Positions 19,349-31,756 of a DNA stretch of 31,756 bases are shown here, piece by piece. The stretch lies in UHGV virus genome UHGV-0302986; one strand, written 5' to 3'. Made by a program: the position numbers and the translations under genes. Every line of letters starts with the position of its first letter. Position 1 is the first letter of the stretch. The notes under the pieces are model-generated. The model was not told where the DNA came from. It did no database searches and saw only the letters and a list, made by a program, of their open reading frames with translations. Source of the stretch: a virus.

Positions 19349-20648
19349 TTACACTGGTGTGTTCAGCAAATCGTTAACGGCATCAGATGCCGGGTTACCT
19401 GCAGCCAGCGGTGCCGGTGCCCCCTGCATCAGACGATCCAGCGCAGTGTCACTGCGCGCCTGTGCACTCTGTGGTGCAGCTGCCAGAATGCGGCGGGCCG
19501 TTTCCACGGTCATACCGGGGGTTTCTGCCAGCACGCGGGCCTGTTCTTCGCGTCCGTGAGCCTCCTCACAGTTGAGGATCCCCATAATGCGGCTGTTTTC
19601 TGCCGCAACCGCTGCGGTGATCTGCGCGTTCACGTCCGGCTGCGCCGCGCTGGCGTTTTCGCCCTCCGTCGCTGGCACCACGTCAGTAACGTCAGTCTGC
19701 GAAGCAGTGGCTGAAACAGTTGTTGATTGAGTCTCTTTGGTCATTCGCCCTCCTGAGAGACGGGATTTACGCGCATCCAGTGCATCACGCATGACGGTGA
19801 TCGCATCGGTGCTGTTAACAAGTTCATCAGCCAGTCCGGCATCAATGGCCTCCTGACCGCTGTACACTGCAGCCTCGGTATCCAGCACAGCCTGCACAGA
19901 CAGGCCGGTATATGCCGACACCTTCTGTGCAAACATCCGGCGGGTTGCGTCCATCCGGGACTGCAGTGTCTCCCGGACGTCATCCGGAAGATGGCTGTAG
20001 GGATTGCCATCCACCTTATGGCTGCCGCTGTAAATCAGCGTGATTTCCACACCCTGTTTCTCCAGGGCAGCACCGTAATTACTGTGAGCCATCATGACGC
20101 CGATGGAGCCTGTCCGGGCGGTCTGCGTGACCAGACGCCGGGAGGCGGCACTGGCAAGCAGCTGACCTGCACTGCAGTTCATGTCGTTGGCCAGCGCCCA
20201 TACCGGTTTTATGTCACGCACACGGGCGATGATGTCAGCGCAGTCAAATGCCCCCGCCACCATTCCGCCTGGCGTGTCCATATCGAGCAGAATGCCGTCC
20301 ACCATCGGGTCGCTGGCAGCCTGTTGCAGACGGGCGATAATGCCGTTGTAACCGGTCATCCCCGAGTACGGCTGCAGCGCCCGCGTCCGGCTGACCAGCG
20401 TGCCGGACACCGGCAGCACGGCGATGCCGTTCATGACCTGATAACTGCGGGCCTGTCGTGGTCCGTCATCATCACCGGATAATGCCAGCGTCGCGAGTGC
20501 CTCCTGGGCAGTCAGGCTGTCGCCGGACACCGCATCCGTCAGGCGGCTGATCCCAAGCTGGCCTGCAAGCGCACAAAAGAAAACCCGCGCATAGGCGGGT
20601 TCAAGCATCAGCGGCTCATTAAAGGCCATGCTGGCAATATGCGGGAGA

Positions 20649-20668
<20 letters not shown>
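19349..20668 (-). CDS. C: Prohead protease / minor capsid protein C, with nested in-frame scaffold gene Nu3
   Basis: GTG start at 20668 overlapping the end of B; (M)TAELRNLPHIASMAFNEPLMLEPAYARVFF...; 439 aa. The C-terminal part corresponds to the lambda Nu3 nested reading frame (internal start not mapped here). Confidence 0.9.
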
Positions 20669-24349
<3,681 letters not shown>

Positions 24350-24375
<26 letters not shown>

Positions 24376-24895
24376 TCAGCAACCCCGGTATCAGTTCATC
24401 CAGCGCGGCTGCTTTGTTCATGGCTTTGATGATATCCCGTTTCAGGAAATCAACATGTCGGTTTTCCAGTTCCGGAAAACGCCGCTGCACCGACAGGGGG
24501 ATCCCGTCGAGAATACTGGCAATTTCACCTGCGATCCGCGACAACACGAAAGTACAGAATGCGGTTTCCACCACTTCAGCGGAGTCTCTGGCATTCTTCA
24601 GTTCCTGTGCGTCGGCCTGCGCACGCGTAAGTCGATGGCGTTCGTACTCAATAGTCCCTGGCTGGAGATCTGCCTCGCTGGCCTGCCGCAGTTCTTCAAC
24701 CTCCCGGCGCAGCTTTTCGTTCTCAATTTCAGCATCCCTTTTGGCATACCATTTTATGACGGCGGCAGAGTCATAAAGCACCTCATTACCCTTGCCACCG
24801 CCTCGCAGAACGGGCATTCCCTGTTCCTGCCAGTTCTGAATGGTACGGATACTCGCACCGAAAATGTCAGCCAGCTGCTTTTTGTTGACTTCCAT
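24350..24895 (-). CDS. Nu1: Terminase small subunit Nu1
   Basis: 181 aa; MEVNKKQLADIFGASIRTIQNWQEQGMPVLRGGGKGNEVLYDSAAVIKWYAKRD..., immediately downstream of cos. Confidence 0.95.
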
Positions 24896-25070
24896 TGTTC
24901 ATTCCACGGACAAAAACAGAGAAAGGAAACGACAGAGGCCAAAAAGCTCGCTTTCAGCACCTGTCGTTTCCTTTCTTTTCAGGGGGTATTTTAAATAAAA
25001 ACATTAAGTTACGACGAAGAAGAACGGAAACACCTTAAACCGGAAAATTTTCATAAATAGCGAAAACCCG

Positions 25071-25094
25071 CGAGGTCGCCGCCCCGTAACCTGT
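25071..25094. other. cos: cos site: cosN cohesive-end sequence plus flanking right-end bases
   Basis: AGGTCGCCGCCC (reverse complement of the lambda 12-nt cohesive end GGGCGGCGACCT) at 25071..25082, followed by CGTAACCTGTCG (reverse complement of the lambda right-end terminal bases). The flank 24896..25070 matches the remembered lambda cosB region upstream of Nu1. Confidence 0.85.
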
Positions 25095-25283
25095 CGGATC
25101 GCCGGAAAGGACCCGCAAAATGATAATAATTATCATCTGCATGTCACAACGTGCATCTACGCCATCAAACCACGTCAAATAATCAATTATGACGCAGGTA
25201 TCGTATTAATTGATCTGCATCAACTTAACGTAAAAACAACTTCAGACAATACAAATCAGCGACACTGAATACGGGACAACCTC

Positions 25284-25517
25284 ATGTCAACGAAGAACAG
25301 AACCCGCAGAACAACAACCCGCAACATCCGCTTTCCTAACCAAATGATTGAACAAATTAACATCGCTCTTGATCAAAAAGGGTCCGGGAATTTCTCAGCC
25401 TGGGTCATTGAAGCCTGCCGCCGGAGACTGTGCTCAGAAAAAAGAGTTTCTCCTGAAGCAAACAAAGAAAAGAGTGACATTACTGAATTGCTCAGAAAAC
25501 AGATCAGACCAGATTGA
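25284..25517 (+). CDS. Small basic cos-proximal protein, possibly DUF3950 (YlcI-like), possible ribbon-helix-helix
   Basis: 77 aa; MSTKNRTRRTTTRNIRFPNQMIEQINIALDQKGSGNFSAWVIEACRRRL...; an equivalent ORF sits next to cos in lambda and DLP12 (from memory); transcribed opposite to the late operon. Confidence 0.6.
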   Translation: MSTKNRTRRTTTRNIRFPNQMIEQINIALDQKGSGNFSAWVIEACRRRLCSEKRVSPEANKEKSDITELLRKQIRPD

Positions 25518-25558
25518 AGCAATTTAGATAATCGTGCAGACTACACCCCTCATATCAC

Positions 25559-25984
25559 ATGGAAGGTACTACAATGGCTCAGGTTGCCATTTTTAAACAA
25601 ATATTCGATAAAGTGCGAAATAATTTAAACTATCACTGGTTTTATTCTGAACTAAAACGTCACAATGTCTCACATTACATTTACTATTTAGCCACAGAGA
25701 ATATTCATCTTGTTCTTGAAAACGATAATACGGTTTTAATAAAAGGACAGGGTAAGGTTGTAAATGTAAGATTTTCAAAAAATAAATGCCTTATAGAAGC
25801 CACCTTAAAAGGATTCAAATCAGGAGAGTTATCATTTTACGAATACAGGAAAAATCTTGCTACAGCAGGGGTTTTCAGATGGATTACAAATATCCACGAA
25901 AACAAAAGGTATTACTATACCTTTGATAATTCATTACTCTTTACTGAGAACATTCAGAACACTACACAAATATTTCCGCACTAA
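25559..25984 (+). CDS. DUF1398-like protein (YbcV/YdfO family) of unknown function
   Basis: 141 aa; ...[58 protein letters not shown]...[38 protein letters not shown]. The true start may be the internal Met at 25574. Confidence 0.6.
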   Translation: MEGTTMAQVAIFKQIFDKVRNNLNYHWFYSELKRHNVSHYIYYLATENIHLVLENDNTVLIKGQGKVVNVRFSKNKCLIEATLKGFKSGELSFYEYRKNLATAGVFRWITNIHENKRYYYTFDNSLLFTENIQNTTQIFPH

Positions 25985-26475
25985 ATCATAACGTCCGGTT
26001 TCTTCCGTGCCAGAACCGGACTCGCTGGCATGATGAAATATGTGTACCCGGTAACCCCGGTGTGCATCGTTTTTGATTATTCCCACACACTCGCGCAGAA
26101 GGAGTTCCCCGTCGGGCTACGGTCTCTGTTAATACGGGAATACGGCGACGATACAGCGCATGATGTGTCAGGCTTGAATACCTTTATCCTTTAAAAGGGA
26201 TATCAGTTAAGTTATCCCGTGTAGGGTATAAGCCATTATCAAAGCCACTCTGTAGGAAGTGGCTTTTGTAATGGCAATAAAAAGCCCCGCGAATGCGAGG
26301 CTAAATCCTGGTATTTGTAATGACTGGCTCTTATCTCAACGCAGCCCCTTACCGCGCGCAAAATGCTCAATATCAAGCATCAGCAATGAGATGTTTAATC
26401 TGGATTCACTCCAGAAGTGAGCACCACCCTGTCTACAGAGCCAGATGTGAAGGATGATGAGTAAAATTATCGCTA

Positions 26476-26943
26476 TCATCGAAGGCATTGCGTCCTGATG
26501 TATTCCTGAAGCGTTCTCAGTGCTGTTTGGTCGCGGATAATTCCGTCCCGGATACCGAGAACGTTTCGTCCAGCAACTGGAGAGAGTTCGACGGTGGCAT
26601 CATTGCCCATGCCGGAGGCGCTGGAGGTTTCGGCTGAGGATGGCACAGGGCATTTTCCTTTGACGAGCACCCGACCACCATTATCAAGCTTGCGCCGAAG
26701 AGCATCATTTTCAGCTTTCGCATCAGCTAACTCCTTCGTGTATTTATCATCGAGTGCATCAGCATCACGCTGGCGCTGCTGCATGTCAGTAATGGTGGCG
26801 TTCGCCTTCTCCAGTTCACTGGCCTTGTTATCGCGCTGTTCTTTGTAGGCGATTGCATTATCACGGTAATGATTAACAGCCCATGACAGGCAGACGATGA
26901 TGCAGATAACCAGAGCGGAGATAATCGCGGTTACTCTGTTCAT
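26476..26943 (-). CDS. Rz: Spanin inner-membrane subunit Rz
   Basis: [38 protein letters not shown]... with N-terminal TMD and coiled coil; start taken at the internal Met of the track ORF, abutting the endolysin stop. Confidence 0.85.
   Translation of the reverse strand: MNRVTAIISALVICIIVCLSWAVNHYRDNAIAYKEQRDNKASELEKANATITDMQQRQRDADALDDKYTKELADAKAENDALRRKLDNGGRVLVKGKCPVPSSAETSSASGMGNDATVELSPVAGRNVLGIRDGIIRDQTALRTLQEYIRTQCLR
26517..26723 (-). CDS. Rz1: Spanin outer-membrane lipoprotein Rz1, embedded in the +1 frame of Rz
   Basis: Track ORF with lipobox-like VVGCSS followed by a proline-rich segment [16 protein letters not shown]; the exact start is uncertain. Confidence 0.7.
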   Translation of the reverse strand: MRKLKMMLFGASLIMVVGCSSKENALCHPQPKPPAPPAWAMMPPSNSLQLLDETFSVSGTELSATKQH

Positions 26944-27437
26944 TGCTGACCCCACAAACAGATTTCACGCTCAATCTCACGACGAGTCATGAGACCTTTC
27001 CATTGCTTACCGCCAGCATATGTCCAGCGACGTAGCTGATCACATGCGCCTTTGATATCGCCCTGGTTTATTTTGCGAAGAAGCGTCGATGTTCTGAAAT
27101 TGCCAGCGCCCACGTTGTAAACGAACAAGTAAAGAGCGCCGCGCGTTGTTTCCGGTATATCAACTTTTATGTACGGGTTAATTTGTCTGGCGACCGTGGC
27201 AAGGTCTTTATTCAGGAGGGCTTTGCATTCTGCTTTGGTATACGTTTTACCGAGCATGATGTCTTTTCCTGTATGCCCGTGACATACAGTCCATACACCA
27301 ACAATATCTTTGTATGGTATGTAGCTGACACCTTCCAGACCATCGTTACCACTTGGGCCAGTGATTAACACTGATGCTATAGCAATTGCTCCGCCACCAA
27401 TAGCAGCAGCAACGGCTTTTCGTAATGATGGAGGCAT
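26940..27437 (-). CDS. R: SAR endolysin (phage-21 R-type lysozyme)
   Basis: 165 aa; [44 protein letters not shown]... The Gly/Ala-rich N-terminal signal-anchor-release domain and the catalytic region resemble R21. Confidence 0.85.
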   Translation of the reverse strand: MPPSLRKAVAAAIGGGAIAIASVLITGPSGNDGLEGVSYIPYKDIVGVWTVCHGHTGKDIMLGKTYTKAECKALLNKDLATVARQINPYIKVDIPETTRGALYLFVYNVGAGNFRTSTLLRKINQGDIKGACDQLRRWTYAGGKQWKGLMTRREIEREICLWGQQ

Positions 27438-27652
27438 TATTCACCTCTCGCAGCCTTGCGCTTATCTTCTTTAATCTTGAAATAAAGGTTTGTCAGGTAC
27501 GTCAGCAGGCCAAATACCAGGCTACCCAGCACACCTATTGCTGCCCACTGTGAGGGCGTGACTTTATCGAGCAGCTGTAAAAACCAGTAACCGGCACTAC
27601 CTGCTGAGGTGCCATAGGCGACACCCGTTGTTAACTTATCCATGGATTTCAT
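27437..27652 (-). CDS. S: Pinholin (phage-21 S-type class II holin)
   Basis: [71 protein letters not shown]; 71 aa with two TMDs and the dual-start motif MKSM. The track ORF extends upstream to 27697. Confidence 0.85.
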
Positions 27653-28240
27653 AACCCCACCTCGCAGACAAAGCGGGTGTAAATTGAGGGAATACAACGT
27701 ATCGCAAAAAAGCAGAAACGTAACAGACTCGGAGTCAGTGAATAACTCAGGTATTGAGTTATCAGCTAATATCGAGACTCAAAAAATGGAAAAACCAGCT
27801 CGACGGCGGGTTTAAGCTGTGTGACGAAGTAACCACTCTTAACAGCATAACCAATTTTTTACGTACGTAAACCGCTGAATGATATTTATGAGAATGCTAC
27901 CGAGTGTTCAAAACTCCACCACAAATACATAAGAAAACCTCAACAAATAACCAATAAATAATTTCAGACGTTATTTTTAGTTGATTTAAATTAAACTGCC
28001 GAATTATAGAACCCCCATAAATAACAGCCATTAATATAAATTAGCTAATAGGTTTATTTTTGTTCAAATAAGAGCCATAAATAGGTTTCGATAGAAAAAG
28101 TTCAGATAAAAATAGAGATCTACTTCACAAATTAAATGAGAAACTAAAACTTACATCTTGAAATAATCACATTGATTAGATGAATATTTATCGCGCAGTG
28201 ACATCATTTTTTAATAATAGTTCAAAAAAAAGGGCTCACG

Positions 28241-29323
28241 ATGAAAAAATTAACAGTGGCAATTTCTGCTGTAGCTGCATCAGTACTGATGGCGATGTCT
28301 GCTCAGGCAGCTGAAATTTATAATAAAGACAGTAACAAGCTGGATCTGTACGGGAAAGTTAATGCTAAGCACTACTTCTCCTCTAATGATGCAGATGATG
28401 GTGATACTACTTATGCCCGTCTTGGCTTCAAAGGTGAAACCCAAATCAACGATCAACTGACTGGTTTCGGTCAGTGGGAATATGAATTCAAAGGCAACCG
28501 CGCTGAATCTCAAGGTTCCTCCAAAGACAAAACCCGTCTTGCATTTGCAGGCCTGAAATTCGGTGACTACGGCTCAATCGATTACGGCCGTAACTACGGT
28601 GTAGCATACGACATCGGTGCGTGGACTGACGTTCTGCCAGAATTCGGTGGCGATACCTGGACCCAAACAGATGTATTCATGACTGGTCGCACCACAGGTG
28701 TTGCAACTTATCGTAACAACGACTTCTTTGGTCTGGTTGATGGCCTGAACTTTGCAGCTCAGTATCAGGGCAAAAATGACCGAAATGAAGTAACTGAAGC
28801 TAATGGCGATGGTTTCGGTTTCTCAACTACTTATGAGTATGAAGGATTCGGCGTGGGTGCAACCTATGCTAAATCTGATCGCACTAATAATCAGGTTATC
28901 TACGGTAACAACGGTCTGAATGCTTCTGGTCAAAATGCTGAAGTATGGGCAGCTGGTCTGAAATATGATGCGAACAACATCTATCTGGCCACCACCTATT
29001 CTGAAACCCAGAACATGACTGTTTTTGGTAATAACCATATTGCCAACAAAGCACAAAACTTCGAAGCTGTTGCACAATATCAGTTCGACTTCGGCCTGCG
29101 TCCATCCGTTGCTTACCTGCATTCTAAAGGAAAAGACTTGGGTGTTTGGGGTGATCAGGACCTGGTTGAATATGTTGATGTAGGTGCAACCTATTACTTC
29201 AACAAAAATATGTCCACTTTTGTTGACTACAAAATCAACCTGATTGATAAGAGCGATTTCACGAAAGCATCTGGCGTTGCTACCGATGATATCGTTGCTG
29301 TAGGTATGGTTTACCAGTTCTAA
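28241..29323 (+). CDS. nmpC: Outer membrane general porin (OmpC/NmpC/Lc family), prophage moron
   Basis: 360 aa; signal peptide [59 protein letters not shown]-terminal ...VGMVYQF. It lies opposite to and between Q and the lysis genes, preceded by a ~540-bp AT-rich region. Confidence 0.9.
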   Translation: MKKLTVAISAVAASVLMAMSAQAAEIYNKDSNKLDLYGKVNAKHYFSSNDADDGDTTYARLGFKGETQINDQLTGFGQWEYEFKGNRAESQGSSKDKTRLAFAGLKFGDYGSIDYGRNYGVAYDIGAWTDVLPEFGGDTWTQTDVFMTGRTTGVATYRNNDFFGLVDGLNFAAQYQGKNDRNEVTEANGDGFGFSTTYEYEGFGVGATYAKSDRTNNQVIYGNNGLNASGQNAEVWAAGLKYDANNIYLATTYSETQNMTVFGNNHIANKAQNFEAVAQYQFDFGLRPSVAYLHSKGKDLGVWGDQDLVEYVDVGATYYFNKNMSTFVDYKINLIDKSDFTKASGVATDDIVAVGMVYQF

Positions 29324-29338
29324 TTTGATTACTAAAAG

Positions 29339-29372
29339 ATATGTTGTGGGAGGCTTTGCCTCCCCAACATAT
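29339..29372 (-). terminator. Large hairpin; candidate late-operon terminator tR' (Q-antiterminated) on the minus strand
   Basis: ATATGTTGTGGGAGGC-TTTG-CCTCCCCAACATAT stem-loop; on the minus strand it is followed by CTTTTAG; it lies downstream of Q and before the antisense nmpC. Confidence 0.35.
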
Positions 29373-29459
29373 AAGTGGCTCCCTCAAGCCACTTCCTTTA
29401 GAAGCACAACCTTGCTTCTAACTATACAAACCTTCTGTTATATATTACCCTTTATTTTT

Positions 29460-29487
29460 GGGGGCGTTTCAACGCCCCATTTTTAAT
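29460..29487 (+). terminator. Rho-independent terminator, plus strand, downstream of nmpC
   Basis: GGGGGCGTT-TCAA-CGCCCC hairpin followed by ATTTTTAAT. Confidence 0.55.
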
Positions 29488-29511
29488 AACTTTTAGTAAA
29501 TAATTGGCGTA

Positions 29512-29895
29512 TTAATTAGAGTTATTAACAACGATATCCATCTCTAACCGGATATCTAATGCCATTAACATCCCTTCAATTATGCCCTCAGCCTTCTGTA
29601 ACCTTTTCCCGATATAACCATCAGAGCAGCAATGCTTACCTGCCAGTGACATGAATGTCATACCGACTACATAATAATCTACTAATAAATCGTGCAAATC
29701 GCTGTTGTTCTTTTTCAGACGGGCCATGCACCCGCAAATGATCATCGCGTCATCGTCACAACATTGCGGGCGAGATTTTACTTTTGAAGTAATTAATCCC
29801 TTAAAACCGGCGGCAATGGACGACCAGGTCACATCTTCATGATTATTAGCCGCCCACGCTCCCCAACGCTCAAGAACCATCTGAATATCACGCAT
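29512..29895 (-). CDS. quuD: Late gene antiterminator Q (DLP12 QuuD / phage-82 type)
   Basis: [62 protein letters not shown]... (127 aa from the internal Met of the track ORF). Confidence 0.85.
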   Translation of the reverse strand: MRDIQMVLERWGAWAANNHEDVTWSSIAAGFKGLITSKVKSRPQCCDDDAMIICGCMARLKKNNSDLHDLLVDYYVVGMTFMSLAGKHCCSDGYIGKRLQKAEGIIEGMLMALDIRLEMDIVVNNSN

Positions 29896-29980
29896 CAACT
29901 TACTCCACAAAAATCAGACCAGAACGCCAATTACAAGCAAAAATCAACGAAACAGTATTAGTTGATTGTTATCTCTGACT

Positions 29981-30118
29981 TCATACTCCTGCTCCTGTCA
30001 GGGTTTTGGCGTAATTCTTCAGTATTCGGTAATCGGTCAAAACAGAACCGGGGAAACGATATAAGCGCAGACGCCCCCAGCGGTGGCGAAGACGTTCTGC
30101 CATATAAAACTCAAACAT
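29981..30118 (-). CDS. ylcG: Small protein YlcG-like
   Basis: 45-aa ORF below the track cutoff, translated by hand as [45 protein letters not shown]; its ATG overlaps the rusA stop (TGATG). Confidence 0.6.
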   Translation of the reverse strand: MFEFYMAERLRHRWGRLRLYRFPGSVLTDYRILKNYAKTLTGAGV

Positions 30119-30480
30119 CATTCATTCCCCATTTCGGTGATGGTCAGTTCCAGCCTCCCACCTTTGGTAACAGGCATCTTCACAACGCGGTAATCAACGA
30201 CCTGAGCATCATCCAGCCAGAAACCTGCTTTAGTGAGTGCGTCAAAAGCGGCTTTTTGCAGATTATCCAGGTCACGGCGACGGCGATCCGGCATGTGGCA
30301 CTCAATGCGGATTTTCACAGGCATAGCCAGGCCGATATCCAGCATTGCGTTTTTAATGATTCGGGCGACGTTATCGCGGTATGCCTGCCCCTCTGCGCTG
30401 ACGTGCGTGCGCCCGCGATTATGGCGGTAATAGCGATTATTGCTCGGAGGCCAGGGTAATGTGATGCTGTAGGTATTCAC
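30118..30480 (-). CDS. rusA: Holliday junction resolvase RusA
   Basis: 120 aa; [50 protein letters not shown]... Confidence 0.9.
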   Translation of the reverse strand: MNTYSITLPWPPSNNRYYRHNRGRTHVSAEGQAYRDNVARIIKNAMLDIGLAMPVKIRIECHMPDRRRRDLDNLQKAAFDALTKAGFWLDDAQVVDYRVVKMPVTKGGRLELTITEMGNE

Positions 30481-30767
30481 GCCTTAATAACCCCCTCTTT
30501 CAGCCAGATAACCTGTGTTCTCGCCATACCTTCCAGCGCGCATTCTTTTGCATATGCAGCATCGACAAAATGTGTGCGGCGGTCGATTTCGTCGTGGCAG
30601 GCAGAACATGCAATGGTGGCAATCAGGTCTGGCGGTTTGGTACCGGTGCCGCACAATCCAGTCAGCCGGATATGTGCCAGTACAGACGTTTCAGGGTTGC
30701 CATTACATACGCCAGGGATTCTTACCTGGCATTCCCGACTACGCGCTGCTTTTCTCAAATCAGCCAT
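30477..30767 (-). CDS. ybcO: YbcO-like protein (DUF1364, putative nuclease)
   Basis: [64 protein letters not shown]... (conserved Cys/His); start taken at the internal ATG that overlaps the ninE stop. Confidence 0.8.
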   Translation of the reverse strand: MADLRKAARSRECQVRIPGVCNGNPETSVLAHIRLTGLCGTGTKPPDLIATIACSACHDEIDRRTHFVDAAYAKECALEGMARTQVIWLKEGVIKA

Positions 30768-30930
30768 GATTCCTCCTTGCTGCCAGTCGCAACCATTTTT
30801 TATCAACCAGGCTGGCGGTATATCCGAGCAGTGTTGGTATTTCGGAAGGCTTCAGCTCCGGTTTACGCTTACGACGATCTGGTACTCTGTAGATGTGTCC
30901 GTTCATGACACGAATAAGCGGTGTAGCCAT
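30760..30930 (-). CDS. ninE: NinE-like small protein
   Basis: 56-aa ORF below the track cutoff, translated by hand as [56 protein letters not shown]; its ATG overlaps the ybcN stop (TAATG). Confidence 0.6.
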   Translation of the reverse strand: MATPLIRVMNGHIYRVPDRRKRKPELKPSEIPTLLGYTASLVDKKWLRLAARRNHG

Positions 30931-31385
30931 TACGCCTCCTGCTTGTCGCGGAGCAGCTGGAACTCGCAGCTCTGCGGAATAGTCAGGTGGCAGCCAATAT
31001 TCACCGCCCAGGCTTCAACCTTACACAGGAAGACATACATCTCTCCGGTATCAAGATCGGAGGTATGGCGTAACGACTGGATAGTGGTGATATCACCGGT
31101 TACAACATCAACCAGGTCTTTGGTTTCATAACCGAGATATGTGTGTTTGAGAGCATCTTTTACCCAAGCTGGAGTAGCGAACGTTTTACCCCTGCTGATG
31201 AGGTATTCACTGATTTCGCTGTACCACATGTGGCTGAGTGCATTCTGGGAAAGACTGCGTTTCTCACGCCACGGTTTAAGCACCATGCGAAAGCATTTGC
31301 CCTCCTCCAGATAAGGCTGGATCTGCCGACCGATAGCGGTGAAGTTACCGCGATGTAATTTGATGCCATCTTGTGGGAGATTCAC
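30930..31385 (-). CDS. ybcN: YbcN-like protein (DLP12 nin-region protein; DNA base-flipping family)
   Basis: 151 aa; (GTG start) [62 protein letters not shown]... Confidence 0.8.
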   Translation of the reverse strand: MNLPQDGIKLHRGNFTAIGRQIQPYLEEGKCFRMVLKPWREKRSLSQNALSHMWYSEISEYLISRGKTFATPAWVKDALKHTYLGYETKDLVDVVTGDITTIQSLRHTSDLDTGEMYVFLCKVEAWAVNIGCHLTIPQSCEFQLLRDKQEA

Positions 31386-31483
31386 GCTTCACCTCCGCAG
31401 AGGTCAAACGCTGGATACAATATATCGCAGGTGCATTTCTGCATCTGTGGAGGGAGAAGAGAGTTTGGATTGTGTGTGCGCAT
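31382..31483 (-). CDS. Small ORF, possibly YlcH-like
   Basis: 33-aa ORF translated by hand as [33 protein letters not shown]; its stop overlaps the ybcN GTG start (GTGA). Naming is from memory and uncertain. Confidence 0.35.
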   Translation of the reverse strand: MRTHNPNSLLPPQMQKCTCDILYPAFDLCGGEA

Positions 31484-31619
31484 AAACGTCCCCGTTTAGC
31501 GCAGAAGTCACCGGAGTTGTTCAGGCTCCGATGACATGATTATGGCGAGTTGATTATCGCAAATCAAAGGTTTTAATTGTGCTTTATTCCTTCAAGCGTT
31601 GCCTTCATACCAACCAAAG

Positions 31620-31756
31620 GGTAATGACTCCAACTTATTGATAGTGTTTTATGTTCAGATAATGCCCGATGACTTTGTCATGCAGCTCCACCGATTTTGA
31701 GAACGACAGCGACTTCCGTCCCAGCCGTGCCAGGTGCTGCCTCAGATTCAGGTTAT
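31620..31756 (-). mobile_element. insB: IS1 terminal region (partial, runs off the window edge), including the 3' end of insB on the minus strand
   Basis: GGTAATGACTCCAACTTATTGATAGTGTTTTATGTTCAGATAATGCCCGATGACTTTGTCATGCAGCTCCACCGATTTTGAGAAC... matches the remembered IS1 terminal inverted repeat and adjacent sequence; the minus strand encodes ...[18 protein letters not shown]-stop (stop at 31636..31638). Confidence 0.8.

Noticed and set aside
25284-25984. Interpreting the cos-proximal ORF pair as a toxin-antitoxin or defence system
   Set aside because: The only support is gene size, pairing and a possibly RHH-like first protein; no recognisable toxin fold or catalytic motif is seen. Kept as a finding of unknown function rather than a named system.

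Overview
The window is almost entirely one lambdoid prophage, with the phage map reversed so that the late operon reads on the minus strand. From high to low coordinates: an IS1 end at the right edge; a DLP12/phage-21-type nin-Q region (ylcH-like, ybcN, ninE, ybcO, rusA, ylcG, quuD); an intact nmpC-type porin moron on the plus strand; a phage-21-type lysis cassette (pinholin, SAR endolysin, Rz/Rz1); two small plus-strand ORFs next to cos; cosN; then a lambda-type packaging, head and tail cluster (Nu1, A, W, B, C/Nu3, D, E, FI, FII, Z, U, V, G/G-T, H, M, L, K, I, J), lom, and side tail fibre stf with tfa. The left ~3.5 kb is an invertible tail-fibre segment (two opposed fibre-tip/tfa cassettes bounded by inverted gix-like 26-bp sites) next to a degraded pin invertase gene. 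Two in-frame TGA codons stand out: one interrupts stf after 81 codons and one interrupts pin. I found no rRNA, tRNA or CRISPR array, and no convincing new multi-gene system; the least explained coding capacity is the cos-proximal ORF pair and the adjacent ~490-bp ORF-free stretch. All protein identifications come from reading the supplied translations against remembered family sequences; no database search was run.
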